Of a DNA stretch of 64,000 nucleotides, positions 19,292 to 29,061 are shown piece after piece (the first letter of the stretch is position 1; each line of letters starts with the position of its first letter). This stretch comes from an uncultured Verrucomicrobiae bacterium. Its GTDB lineage: Bacteria; Verrucomicrobiota; Verrucomicrobiia; Limisphaerales; Palsa-1400. The notes below the pieces were generated by a model. That model saw only the letters and a program-made list of their open reading frames with translations. It made no database searches and had not been told where the DNA came from. The stretch spans positions 9,342 to 73,341 of the forward strand of contig CAWFAZ010000046.1 of assembly GCA_963813995.1 (NCBI GenBank), given 5' to 3'. The translations under genes and the position numbers were made by a program.

Positions 19292-19618
19292 TGGCGAGTG
19301 GTTCGCCCGGCCGTTTGGCTGTTTCCCTCCGCCCGACGACCGGACGCGCCTCTGACGACCGAAAGCGCCCAGAAAGCGTTTGAGCGAGCCGTCGCTCTGG
19401 CCCACTTGCCTGATCGCCAGGGCATTCATTCCTTGCGGCATAGCTTTGCCACCCATCTGCTGGAAGCGGGGGTAACCCTGCCTGTGTTGCAGCGTCTTTT
19501 GGGCCACAGCAATCTGGGCACGACGGCGAAGTATCTGCATGTGCGACAAGAATGCGTGGCCCTGACAAAAAGCCCGCTGGACTTGATTGAGTTCACCGCC
19601 CTGACACCCTCAACCTGA
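19289..19618 (+). pseudogene. C-terminal fragment of an IS91-associated tyrosine recombinase
   Basis: [13 protein letters not shown]...[15 protein letters not shown]...[16 protein letters not shown]; N-terminal two-thirds missing. Confidence 0.85.
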
Positions 19619-19627
19619 TCCGGGGAT

Positions 19628-20824
19628 ATGCAGTCTCCTCGCGTTGAGGCGGCTGCGGCTGGCTTGACGTTGGCGCGGGTGTTGCGGGCCGGATTGCCAC
19701 CGCATACGCGGGAACACCGTTTGCCCCTCCACCATTGGAAAGTCTTGCGAGCCATCATGGCCTGCCGCACGTCCGCCCTGGGCGGACATCTCTATCAGTG
19801 CCGCCATTGCGGCAAGGAACATTTTGTCCCGCACTCCTGCCGCAACCGCCATTGCCCCTCCTGTCAGGGAGCCAACGGTTTTGACTGGCTGGACAAACAG
19901 GCCGAAGCGCTCCTGCCCATTCCTTATTTCCACCTGGTGTTCACGCTGCCCCATGACCTCAATCCCCTGATCCAGCAGAACCGCGCCCGGCTCTATGACC
20001 TGCTGTTTGACACAGTGTCGGCCACGCTGCTGGAGTTCGGGCGCAACAACCTTCACGCGCAAATCGGCGTCACCGCCGTCCTCCACACCTGGAGCCAGAC
20101 TCTGCTCGACCATTACCACCTGCATTGCATCGTCACTGGCGGCGGCTTGCGACTCAACGCACCGGGCTGGCAGGGCACGTCGCGTTACTGGCTCTTTCCC
20201 GTCAAGGCCCTGTCAAAAGTGTTCCGTGGCAAGTTCCGCGATGGCTTGCGCCAACTTTACGCCAGCGGGAAACTGGAGTTCCACGGCCAGCTTCAATTAC
20301 TGGCATCACCCGGCCTGTTTGAAAATTTGCCGCGGCAAGCCAGCGCGAAAAATTGGGTGGTCTATGCCAAGCGCCCATTCGCCGGCCCGGACGCGGTGCT
20401 GGCCTATTTGTCCCGCTACACCCATCGCGTCGGCATCACCAATCGCCGTTTGCTGGCGCTTGATCCCGTCGCGCAAACGGTTTCCTTCGCCTATAAGGAT
20501 TATGCCGACGACTCGCGAAAAAAAGTGATGACACTCGCGCTGGCGGAGTTCATCCGGCGGTTTCGACTCCATATCCTGCCGGAACGTTTCGTTAAAATCC
20601 GGCACTATGGCCTGCTGGCCAACCGCCACCGCCATGCCCGCATTGCCCAAGCCCGTGATGCCTTGCATCACCGGGCACGAAAAATCAAACCTACCACCAA
20701 AACTGCGGCGGCGGTATCCGCCACTCTACCGGTCTGTCCCAACTGCCGCCAGCCCGGCCTTGTCCTCTTGCATGTGACTCATCCCATCAAACACTACATC
20801 CCCGGTTACGCCGATTCGTCATGA
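19628..20824 (+). CDS. IS91-family (Y2/HUH) transposase
   Basis: Zn-binding CRT...CRHC...HSCRNRHCPSC, YFHLVFTLPH, HYHLHCIVTGGG (HUH), YLSRY, RHYGLL. Confidence 0.95.
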   Translation: MQSPRVEAAAAGLTLARVLRAGLPPHTREHRLPLHHWKVLRAIMACRTSALGGHLYQCRHCGKEHFVPHSCRNRHCPSCQGANGFDWLDKQAEALLPIPYFHLVFTLPHDLNPLIQQNRARLYDLLFDTVSATLLEFGRNNLHAQIGVTAVLHTWSQTLLDHYHLHCIVTGGGLRLNAPGWQGTSRYWLFPVKALSKVFRGKFRDGLRQLYASGKLEFHGQLQLLASPGLFENLPRQASAKNWVVYAKRPFAGPDAVLAYLSRYTHRVGITNRRLLALDPVAQTVSFAYKDYADDSRKKVMTLALAEFIRRFRLHILPERFVKIRHYGLLANRHRHARIAQARDALHHRARKIKPTTKTAAAVSATLPVCPNCRQPGLVLLHVTHPIKHYIPGYADSS

Positions 20825-21089
20825 AATCCTCCAAGACAGACATTGCCATTGCGACCGCGCCGAAAGCCTCGCCGCCATTTCGGCCCCGCCGGGTTATTGC
20901 CGCCCGGTGCAAAAACACGCGTCAGGCGGGTTTGATTCCCGCAAATCCGCCGCAAAACGATTCGCCCGCCTTGACAAAACAACGGTTTCCGACTGGCGCA
21001 GGACAATTCCAACCCAAAGAAGACATCCGTCCCGCCATACTTTCCCCTCTGCGAAGGTCGGCCCGCCGTCTCAGCGGCTTAGTTCAATT

Positions 21090-21167
21090 GTAGTGTATCC
21101 GCAGTGGTTCGGAGAAAGTCCAACTGTCAAACTATCTTCACTGGCCGAACCACTGCGGATACACTAC
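21090..21167. repeat. Perfect 23-bp inverted repeat at the 3' end of the IS91-like element
   Basis: GTAGTGTATCCGCAGTGGTTCGG (21090-21112) and CCGAACCACTGCGGATACACTAC (21145-21167), 32-nt loop, just after GGCTTAGTTCAA. Confidence 0.85.
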
Positions 21168-21293
21168 TTAGCATTGTGCGGAATTGTCTGGTATCCGTTG
21201 CGTGGCACGTTTTGGCATGTATTTGCACGTAATTACATGTTTTTTACCGTTTTTTTCTTTGACATAATAAAATCAGCCTCCATATTTGCTTGC

Positions 21294-21464
21294 ATGAGCC
21301 GGTGGAAATCATGGGAAAAGCGTCGAGTCGGATTGGGGTTGCGGAAAACGGAACTTGCCAAAAAGGCTGGAGTTTCGATCAGAACTATTTACCGCCTTGA
21401 GGCGGGCGAAACCTCAATCAGCGAAGAAACGAAAAATAAAATCAAACTCGCCCTGAAAAATTAG
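21294..21464 (+). CDS. Small XRE/Cro helix-turn-helix regulator
   Basis: RRVGLGLRKTELAKKAGVSIRTIYRLEAG; TTGACA at 21259-21264 upstream. Confidence 0.8.
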   Translation: MSRWKSWEKRRVGLGLRKTELAKKAGVSIRTIYRLEAGETSISEETKNKIKLALKN

Positions 21465-21468
21465 TCTT

Positions 21469-23484
21469 ATGACAAAAAACAAAGCAAAGTTTCGTCGCCG
21501 AACCGTGTGTTTCGTCGGGATTTCAGGCAAGCCTGGTATCGCGGGGCCTATTCAGGCCCTTTCGGAGGAAACCCTCTCAGGGAAGATCATTTCGAGGGTA
21601 GAAGCCAAGTTGCGGCTGGTTAGGGAATGTTCACATTTCGTCAGGGACAATCTGGTTGAAAAACCGCCATTGAGTCGCGGCAAACTGGACGGCAATGGCA
21701 ATAGTTTGGACCGCTCCACTTCATTGAATACCTTGCCGACCTGTTGCCGGGTCGTGCCGTGGATGCGGGTGTCGGCCACGCCGCTTTCCCAATCCAAAAG
21801 GAAAAGGTTTTGCGCTGTCAGACTTTCAAAGCAGCGGCCTTTGAGCGCGTTGTTCTGGGCAAACTTCACTCCCGCCTCAATCTTGCCCTTGTGCTGCGGC
21901 ATGGCGGGGCGCGTCGGCAACATCACCGTGCCGTAATGGCGGCAGAACTCTTCCACTTTCGGGTTCAGTTCGGGATCAAACCAGTCGGCCCGTGTCACTG
22001 CGGCACGCAGGTTTCATACCGGCGCATGATCACTTCAAAAAGATGTTCGCCGGAGTTCTTCGGCAGTTGCTTGAGGCCAAAATCGTCAATTATTAAAAGC
22101 TCCGGCTTGAGGTAGCAACGCAGGGTTCTGTCCTGCTGGTTGAAGGCTTCGTCTTTCATGAAGTCGCGCACCAGGTCGAAGATGGAACGATAAAGCACCT
22201 GAAAGTTCATTTTGATGGCTTCATAACCCACCGCCTGGGCCAAATGCGTTTTTCCCACGCCGGGCGGCCCAAGAAAAAGGACATCCTTGGCCTGGCGGAT
22301 GAAGTTGCCAGTGGCCAGATCATAAATGTCTTTGCGATGGATGGCCGGATTAAAGCTCCAGTCGAAGTCTTCCAGCGTTTTCAGGCCGCGAAAATCAGCG
22401 GCCTTGGTGCGGCGTTCCATCAGTCGCTGTTGGCGGACATTGATTTCGTCCTGGCAGATCAGTTCGAGGAACTCGGCATGGCCAAGCCGATTGGCGACCG
22501 CTTCTTGCAGGCGCACGTCCAGGGTTTGCAGCAGACCGGAGAGGCGGAGTTGTTTCAGTGTGTTTTCAAGTGTGCTCATATACAGATTTGGGTTGAGGGT
22601 TAAAACAATCCGGCGTCAATGCCTCATAAGCATCCAACGACCGGATCAAGGGGTGGGTCTCCAGAAAGTCCAGTTGCGGCGATGGCCCGGCTCGTTCCAG
22701 CAATGTGCGCAAATCCTTTAAACGCCATGTGCCGTGATGCAGGGCCTTCTCGGCAGCGGCTTCCAGCGCGACCACGGGATGTTTGCCGGCCAGGGACAAC
22801 AGGCCATGCAACACTCGTATGCCAATGGGACCGCGTTGTTGAACCATCGCTTCAGCCCAAGTGCCGGTGTGTTTGCCAATCAGCCTGGCCCGATCCAACA
22901 GGTAATCCAGATTGTGTTGAATGACGCGCCGATACGGTGAATGGAGGTGCTGCGGGTCCGTGGTAAATTTGCCCGGTTCGGCCAATGCGTGCAGTGCGAT
23001 TTGTTCCCGGCGCTGATTGAAGACGCGGATCAATCGGGACTCCCAGCGCACCCAAACCTGTCGTCCCACATACTCCGGGGGCACCGAATAATACGCCCGC
23101 TGGAACTCAACGTAACCATCCCGGTGGACACTGCGTGGCGCTTCTTCAAAGACGGGAAACAAGCTGCGGTACCCGACTTTGCGCGAGTTGCGATCCGAGT
23201 GGAAGATGTTTGAAGGCAGGCTCGTCAAAATGAAATCGAACATCGTGATATTGCTTGGCGCAATTGTGGCGGACTTTTTCAGAAGTCGGAGAGAAATTCA
23301 AATGATTTGCTGCCCTCCTGCTGATGGCAGACTTCTAAAATGGGCCGGCATAGACGAAGGTGGCCTCATAGTACTGGCGGTGGCGCATCCTTCATATGTG
23401 GGAGTTTACGCTCGCAAGCGTGTAGAGGAATACGCCGATCTAATTGCTCAAGCCGTTCGTTCGGCAACACAGGCAACTATCTGA
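21469..23484 (+). pseudogene. Uracil-DNA-glycosylase-superfamily protein split by an inverted IS21 internal segment (pieces 21469-21683 and 23160-23484)
   Basis: Joining at the shared CAA gives a 178-aa in-frame protein with FVGISGKP, TLSGK, NLVEKPPL..GKLRYPT, IVILLG and HPSY. Confidence 0.65.
21681..23162 (-). mobile_element. Permuted, inverted internal fragment of IS21 (istA C-term, istB N-term, istA middle)
   Basis: FPVFEEAPRSVHRDGYVEF..YYSVP (IstA C-term); GPPGVGKT and LLIIDD (IstB); KGKIEAGV (IstA core). Confidence 0.9.
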
Positions 23485-23587
23485 CAGGCTTTTGGGAGAA
23501 TCGTTTTTTGGCCCTATGTAGCTTCCGAGTGACGTTTGACAGACGTTTCGGACTTGATTTGGCTTGGGGAATGTGGTTTTTTACGGC

Positions 23588-24644
23588 GTGATTGTCGGCC
23601 ATGAGCCAATTAAGATTCTTGATGCGGTTTTTATAAACTCACCGCTCAAGGATTACGATCACACCCCAAAGCGGAACGAATTTACACTGCCTGTTCTCGG
23701 CCTGGGTTATATTGCGACTTGCGCTCTGAAGTCGGGATTTAACGTCGGCGTTTTGGATACAGAAGCGTTGGGTCTGGGGGTCACTAAGATCGCCCGGATG
23801 GTGAATCAGGCCAAACCGCGATGGGTAGGACTTAACCTTTTGGCTCCCACCTACCGGAACAGCGTTCAAATTCTGAGGCGCATAAGCCCCGAGATTCAAG
23901 TGATGGTCGGCGGCCATCAGGCGAAGGCGATGCCGAGAGAAATCATTGCTGACCAGCAAATCCCGCGAATTGACGCAATGGTTCTTGGTGAAGGTGAAGT
24001 GCGAGTCGAGCGACTGCTTGAAAGTGTCGAGGAACGCGCACATTTGACAAATGTGTTGTGGCGGTCGAGTAACGGCGAATTGCGGCAGGGCGAAGCGCCC
24101 TCGCAGAGGGAAAAGGCGCAGCAATTATCGCCAAGCATTGATGACATCCCTGTCATCAATCGAAAGTTTCTTATCCAAGACCCATTCAAGGCTGAAGATG
24201 GCAGGACAGAGGCCAATTTGATCGGTTCGCGTGGCTGCCCGTACAACTGTTCATTTTGTGGTGCCGCCAAAAGTGTTAATCCGAATGTTTCAATTCGGAC
24301 GCGCAGTCCAGACAATATCCTTTTGGAAATGGAGGCCCTGTCTTCCGGCTTTGGTGTAAACGCATTCCGGTTTGTTGATGATTTATTCCTTGCTCAACCG
24401 GGCTTCATGCGGCGATGCCTTAGCCGCTTCGTCACTGGCAAAGTTGGTGAAAAATGGGTTTGGGATGCTACTGGCCGTATTAATGTTCTCGCCAATGCTG
24501 ATAATTCTCAGTTGACGCTGATTAAAACCGCCGGCTGTCGTGAGATCGCATTGGGTATTGAATCAGGGAGTAGCAGGATTTTGGAATACGTTGACAAACA
24601 CATTACGCCAGAAATGACGGTCAAAGCGGTCAAAGCACTAACGA
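23588..24644 (+). pseudogene. Cobalamin-binding radical SAM protein, 3'-truncated by IS21
   Basis: PVLGLGYIA, VMVGGHQA, GEGE, SRGCPYNCSFC (CxxxCxxC), FVDDLF, GIESGS; frame runs into the IS21 left end. Confidence 0.85.
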
Positions 24645-25502
24645 TGTCAGCGGTCACTCAAAACCAGCCACGAAGGGTCGAATGAAAACCAGCCACTTTG
24701 AGGGAAGCATTGCGTATTGGGCAGCCAGGGCTGCTCTTGTGCGCAATGAACGAACTCAACGTGAACTTGCAGCATTCGATATTAACTTTGGCGGGCAATG
24801 GCTGGTCCAACCGGCGGATTGCGCGTGAACTGAGCGTCAACCGGGAGACGGTGGGCAAGTATCTGTTGCTGGCGCGTTCAAAACCGGCCATTTCGACCCC
24901 CGGCTCCGATTCTGACCCAGGACCAAAACCAGCCATTTCGACCCTCGGCTCAACAGCGGGTCGCCAGAGTCTATGCCAGCCGCATTCGCCTCAGATTGAA
25001 GCGGCGGTGGCCGTGGGGTTGAGTGCCCAACGCATTTATCAGGACTTGGTTTGCGACCACGGATTCGTTGGCAGTTATCAGGCAGTAAAGCGATTCGTGC
25101 GGCATTTGCGTGAGACCCAGCCGATCCCTTTTGTGCGGATGGAGGTGGAGCCAGGAGCCGAGGCGCAGGTGGATTTTGGCCAGGGTGCGTGGGTCATGGT
25201 GGATGGCAAACGGAAGCGGCCCCATCTGTTTCGGATTGTTTTGAGCCATTCGCGCAAAGGATACAGTGAAGTGGTGTGGCGGCAGACGACCGAGAGCTTC
25301 ATCCGGTGTCTGGAAAATGCGTTCCGTTACTTTGGGGGTGTTCCCCGCACTCTGGTCATCGACAAACCGCTCCACCATCATGACCAGCAACCGGCCACTG
25401 GAGGAATGGGGCAAACTTCTGGGCGACGTGCCCACGGCTGGGGCGATCCTGGATCGTTTTCTGCACCACGCCCAGACCATTGCCATTACCGGGCGGAGTT
25501 AT
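24645..25502 (+). mobile_element. IS21 left end with istA N-terminus fused to the istB C-terminus
   Basis: TGTCAGCGG terminus with AAAACCAGCCAC x2; istA from ATG 24746 (HTH, EAQVDFG, GVPRTLVID), then istB NRSTIMTSNRP..AILDRFLHH..GRSY. Confidence 0.9.
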
Positions 25503-25842
25503 CTACCCAACTTGAACCGGCAAGTGCGTCATCAAAAGCCTGTTTAAGAGTTTCCGTTGAAGTTTCCACGGACCAGTTGCCCATCCAATATTGACGGAAT
25601 AGCCAGAATTTCGGAATCGTGCCCCATGCCTTGTTTCCGCCGATTTCCACATCCCAACCAACAAATGACGAAGGCCGCCTCCCGCCAGTATTATTAGTGC
25701 TTGCCGGATGTGTTTTTGCAAAAAGACGCTGTGGAGGAGTTCCGTGAAAGACCTTCGCCACTCCATGTTGGAATTGCGCACACGAAAGGAATAATTTAAG
25801 GAAGGACAATTGCGCGCTACGCATTTGTTGGCAAAAGAGCAC
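25500..25842 (-). pseudogene. Probable 5' part of the interrupted coiled-coil protein gene
   Basis: ETLKQAFDDALAGSSWVD joins in frame to [13 protein letters not shown] of 18420-19291 through a shared TAT; start uncertain. Confidence 0.55.
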
Positions 25843-26030
25843 TTTATTTTGTGATGAATTTTACCAGAGTTTAAGACAAGTTTACTCACCTTCTGCGAGG
25901 CCTTTCAGTGGATTCCTGAGAATTTGTGCATGAAAAGCTGGTCAAGACCGGGCTGGAAATTGCTCAAACCCTCAGATTTTTAACTGACATTTTAACTGAC
26001 ATTATCAGACATGCCGTTATAATGGATGGC

Positions 26031-27110
26031 ATGTTCGCGCCAGTTTACAACATCACCCCGGCAATCGCCAAAGCGCTTATGTCCATTGAGGCTGACAGGC
26101 AGGCGGTGGCCGATTTGCCGATTGACGTGACGATGCTTGCCAAGCTCCGCGAAACGGCGAAGTTGGTCTCGACGCATTATTCCACCCAGATTGAGGGCAA
26201 TCGCCTCACGCAACGCCAAGTGAAAGAGGCGGTGGCCGGCGCACGTTTCCCCGGCAAGGAGCGTGATGAGTTGGAGGTTCGCCACCATTATCGTGCGCTT
26301 GAAGAGGTTGAAAAACTGGCGGCGGAAGGAAAACCCCTGACGGAAAAGCAAATTCAACGCATCCACGGCCTGGTGATGACAGGCCGGCCAAAGCCGACGC
26401 CATACCGCGACGCCCAGAACGTGATCCGCGACAGCCGCACGCGGGGAATTGTTTATATGCCGCCTGAGGCCAAGGCAGTGCCGGGCCTGATGGCGGATTT
26501 GGTAAGTTGGATCAACAAACAGCTTTATGAGGGCGATTTGCCGGTGCCGATCATCGCGGCCCTGGCGCATTATCAGTTCGCCACAATCCACCCGTATTAT
26601 GACGGCAATGGCCGCACGGCAAGGCTGCTGGCGAATTTCATTCTGCACAAGGCTGGCTACGGACTGAAAGGCATCTATTCCCTGGACGAATATTACGCCC
26701 GGAATCTGGAAGGGTATTATGCCGGACTGAACGTCGGACCTTCACACAATTATCACCTCGGGCGGGCGGGAGCCGACGTGACGGGCTTTTTGGTTTATTT
26801 CTGTGTCGGAATGGCGGATGCGTTTGCGGCTGTCAAGATGCAGGCGGCGGAAGCCGCGAAACGGGGCGGCAAGGATCTCAGCGGCGCTTTGAAAAAAGTC
26901 GATCCCCGGCAAAGACGGCTCTTGGAATTATTCAAAAAGCAGGAAGTGGCAACCGCAGAGGAGATTGCCGCTCATTTGCGGCTCAGTCATCGCACGATCG
27001 TGGGCCTGTGCCGGGGCTGGCTGAAATCGGGGTTTCTTGAACCGCATGACCCGTCCCGGAAGCGTCGTTCGTATCAGTTGGGGCGGGCGTTCAAGCCGCT
27101 CGTGGCATGA
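26031..27110 (+). CDS. Fic family protein (class II-like) with C-terminal winged HTH
   Basis: HPYYDGNGRTAR Fic motif; N-terminal inhibitory STQIEG; tandem TTAACTGACAT repeat upstream (~25980-26003). Confidence 0.92.
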   Translation: MFAPVYNITPAIAKALMSIEADRQAVADLPIDVTMLAKLRETAKLVSTHYSTQIEGNRLTQRQVKEAVAGARFPGKERDELEVRHHYRALEEVEKLAAEGKPLTEKQIQRIHGLVMTGRPKPTPYRDAQNVIRDSRTRGIVYMPPEAKAVPGLMADLVSWINKQLYEGDLPVPIIAALAHYQFATIHPYYDGNGRTARLLANFILHKAGYGLKGIYSLDEYYARNLEGYYAGLNVGPSHNYHLGRAGADVTGFLVYFCVGMADAFAAVKMQAAEAAKRGGKDLSGALKKVDPRQRRLLELFKKQEVATAEEIAAHLRLSHRTIVGLCRGWLKSGFLEPHDPSRKRRSYQLGRAFKPLVA

Positions 27111-27260
27111 CCCCATTGTAAGAAATTCGTATGCAAATTTCTTACAAACGAGATTGCCCCAGATTGATTGATTTGCGGCGAACAAGATAAAGCCATGCTT
27201 GAACTATTCGTCCTGGATCAATCCAGAGGTAAACGCAAATAGATCAGAATCTAGTACGAC

Positions 27261-27283
27261 CATTGCACCCCGCATTGCACCCC
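27261..27283 (+). promoter_or_regulatory. Putative integrase arm-type sites, right
   Basis: CATTGCACCCCGCATTGCACCCC, same orientation as 17186-17209. Confidence 0.65.
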
Positions 27284-27397
27284 TCGCGCTCGAAAAGGGG
27301 GCTAAAAGAGGCCAAAGCCGTCCTTTTCAGAAGTTTCGTTTTGAACACAAGTCCCTTCCTGTCCATGTGTTACCACTTGAGTATAAGGCACTTAGGA

Positions 27398-27441
27398 AGA
27401 ACCTGAATCTAGCGCGTCTGCCAATTCCGCCACGCGGGCAT
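27398..27441 (-). repeat. att site: displaced 5' half of tRNA-Leu
   Basis: AGAACCTGAATCTAGCGCGTCTGCCAATTCCGCCACGCGGGCAT identical to 17095-17138. Confidence 0.93.
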
Positions 27442-27495
27442 TGTTGATTACCAGGGACTTACAGCAGATGCAACCATGCCGATTTTTTCCTTTGT

Positions 27496-27524
27496 ATACT
27501 ACGTTTGCATCTCTCAGGGTGCAA
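27496..27524 (-). promoter_or_regulatory. Putative original sigma70 promoter of tRNA-Leu
   Basis: Minus strand TTGCAC-17 nt-TAGTAT, ~55 nt upstream of the displaced tRNA 5' half. Confidence 0.5.
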
Positions 27525-28112
27525 AGAGGGCGACATCATCACCAAAAACACCCAACTGTTTGTCACAGTTCTTCAACAGACAAGAAAATAGGCTCAACCA
27601 GGTCTCATCGCAAGCAAATTCGTAACTGCTTATTCACGAGGGGCTTGCGACGGCCACGAACCCGGCGGTCCTCGCCATTGCTTTTCCCATTCTCCGGATC
27701 GACCGGTGATCGCGCTGGCAGACGCAATAGATCAAAAATCTATTGCTTTGGGTGTAACCAAGCGCATGAGGACTTTCCCAGCTTGTGACCGAAACACAAG
27801 CAACGGAGTGGTTCGGCATCGTGCCGCCGAAAGACTGGAAAAACGTCCTGCCTGTGCCCGCCGAATCCGCTCCGAGCCAGCAATCCGAAGTGCCAGGGTC
27901 CGCCGCGTCCGCGCCAGTGCTAAATGCTTTTTTGAACTCCGAGCCCGTGGCTTGATTGACCAGCCCACTCATGAAGTCATTAAACCAACCCGACACTCAT
28001 CATCTATCCGCCGCAATCGGCTGGCTTGGCCCTGGCAACTGGAGGGAGGCGAACGAGGAATTAGAAAAGGCCGCCCCGGCTGGGTTTTGAAGCGACCGGG
28101 GACAAATATATC

Positions 28113-28847
28113 TCACCGCTTCATAAGAACACCGTAAGCAAACTGCAAATCATTGACGAACATTCCATCTACGCCGAGCTTGCACATTCTCTCTATTTCA
28201 TCGGCTTCTTTCAACGTCCAACAAAATACTTTGATGCCTCGGCGATGAGCGTCGTCTACGATCTCTTTATTGGTAAATTCAACTGACAGGTTAATGGAAT
28301 AAGCCTTGATCCCTTGGGCGTATTCGGCGTAGCCGAGCGGTATGCCGACGAAGATGACGCAGACTGGTATCTCGGGCAATAGTTGCTTGAACTTCCTCAA
28401 TTCTTCATGATTGAACGACGAGACCAGGAAGTCATCATGCTTCCATCCTTTCGCAAAATACGCTTCGACGACCTTCTTGACAGGTTCGGCCGTATTCTCC
28501 CCTTTCAACTCGATGTTCACCTTGACTTTTCTGTCTATCAGATCGAGAACCTCGTTGAGGGTGGGGATTTTTTCGTGCTTTCTGCTGCTTTTGCCCTTGC
28601 CACTACCGCTGCCCGCATCAAGCGACCGAAGATACTCGAACGAACTTTCCATGACGTATCCTTTGCCGTTGGTCGTCCTATCCACCTTGTTGTCATGGAT
28701 GACCATAAGCTCGCCTGAAGGAATGGCATAAACGTCCAGTTCGATCATTTTTATGAAAGGAAATTCCAAAGCTTTCTTGAAGGAAGCTAGAGTATTTTCT
28801 GGTTCCATTTCCGATGCACCGCGGTGCGCAATAAGAATGGGCTTCAT
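28113..28847 (-). CDS. Glycerophosphodiester phosphodiesterase (GDPD, UgpQ/GlpQ-like)
   Basis: IAHRGAS..PENTLASF, IELDV, VIHD, IPTLNEVL, NIELK, SSFNH; lower GC than the flanks. Confidence 0.93.
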   Translation of the reverse strand: MKPILIAHRGASEMEPENTLASFKKALEFPFIKMIELDVYAIPSGELMVIHDNKVDRTTNGKGYVMESSFEYLRSLDAGSGSGKGKSSRKHEKIPTLNEVLDLIDRKVKVNIELKGENTAEPVKKVVEAYFAKGWKHDDFLVSSFNHEELRKFKQLLPEIPVCVIFVGIPLGYAEYAQGIKAYSINLSVEFTNKEIVDDAHRRGIKVFCWTLKEADEIERMCKLGVDGMFVNDLQFAYGVLMKR

Positions 28848-28934
28848 GGTTTCATATTACTCATACTGCAAGGCCTCGACGGGATTTTTGCGCGAAGCCT
28901 GGCGGGATAAATGCCGAAGACGAGGCCGGCAACA

Positions 28935-29061
28935 GCGGAAAGTCGGCATGGCTGAGGTCGGCACCGCTCAGGTCGGGATACAGGAGGATCGTTTCCTGCC
29001 GCCATTTGTACCATGCGGCAACCCCTCCTTTCAAAATCCTCGAGTGTTCTGCAATCGCCAT
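28935..29061 (-). pseudogene. 5' fragment of a pentapeptide-repeat protein
   Basis: MAIAEHSRILKGGVAAWYKWRQ..PDLSGADLSHADF is a typical N-cap of pentapeptide-repeat proteins; similarity then stops. Confidence 0.6.

Larger units (their letters stand above)
17095..27441. mobile_element. Integrative genomic island (~10.3 kb) at tRNA-Leu(CAG)
   Basis: Identical 44-bp direct repeats at 17095-17138 and 27398-27441; integrase next to the left att; paired TTGCACCCC repeats inside both ends. Confidence 0.9.

Noticed and set aside
18420-19568. 382-aa ORF as a complete gene
   Set aside because: The first ~92 codons are antisense to the recombinase fragment; the real 5' part probably lies beyond 25500
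19283-25511. GTTGGGTA / TACCCAAC as inverted repeats of an invertible segment
   Set aside because: Flipping the segment restores no gene, whereas removing it at TAT restores an in-frame ORF
27634-28137. Several overlapping 80-140-aa ORFs right of the att site
   Set aside because: No recognisable motif or consistent frame; cannot choose a real gene
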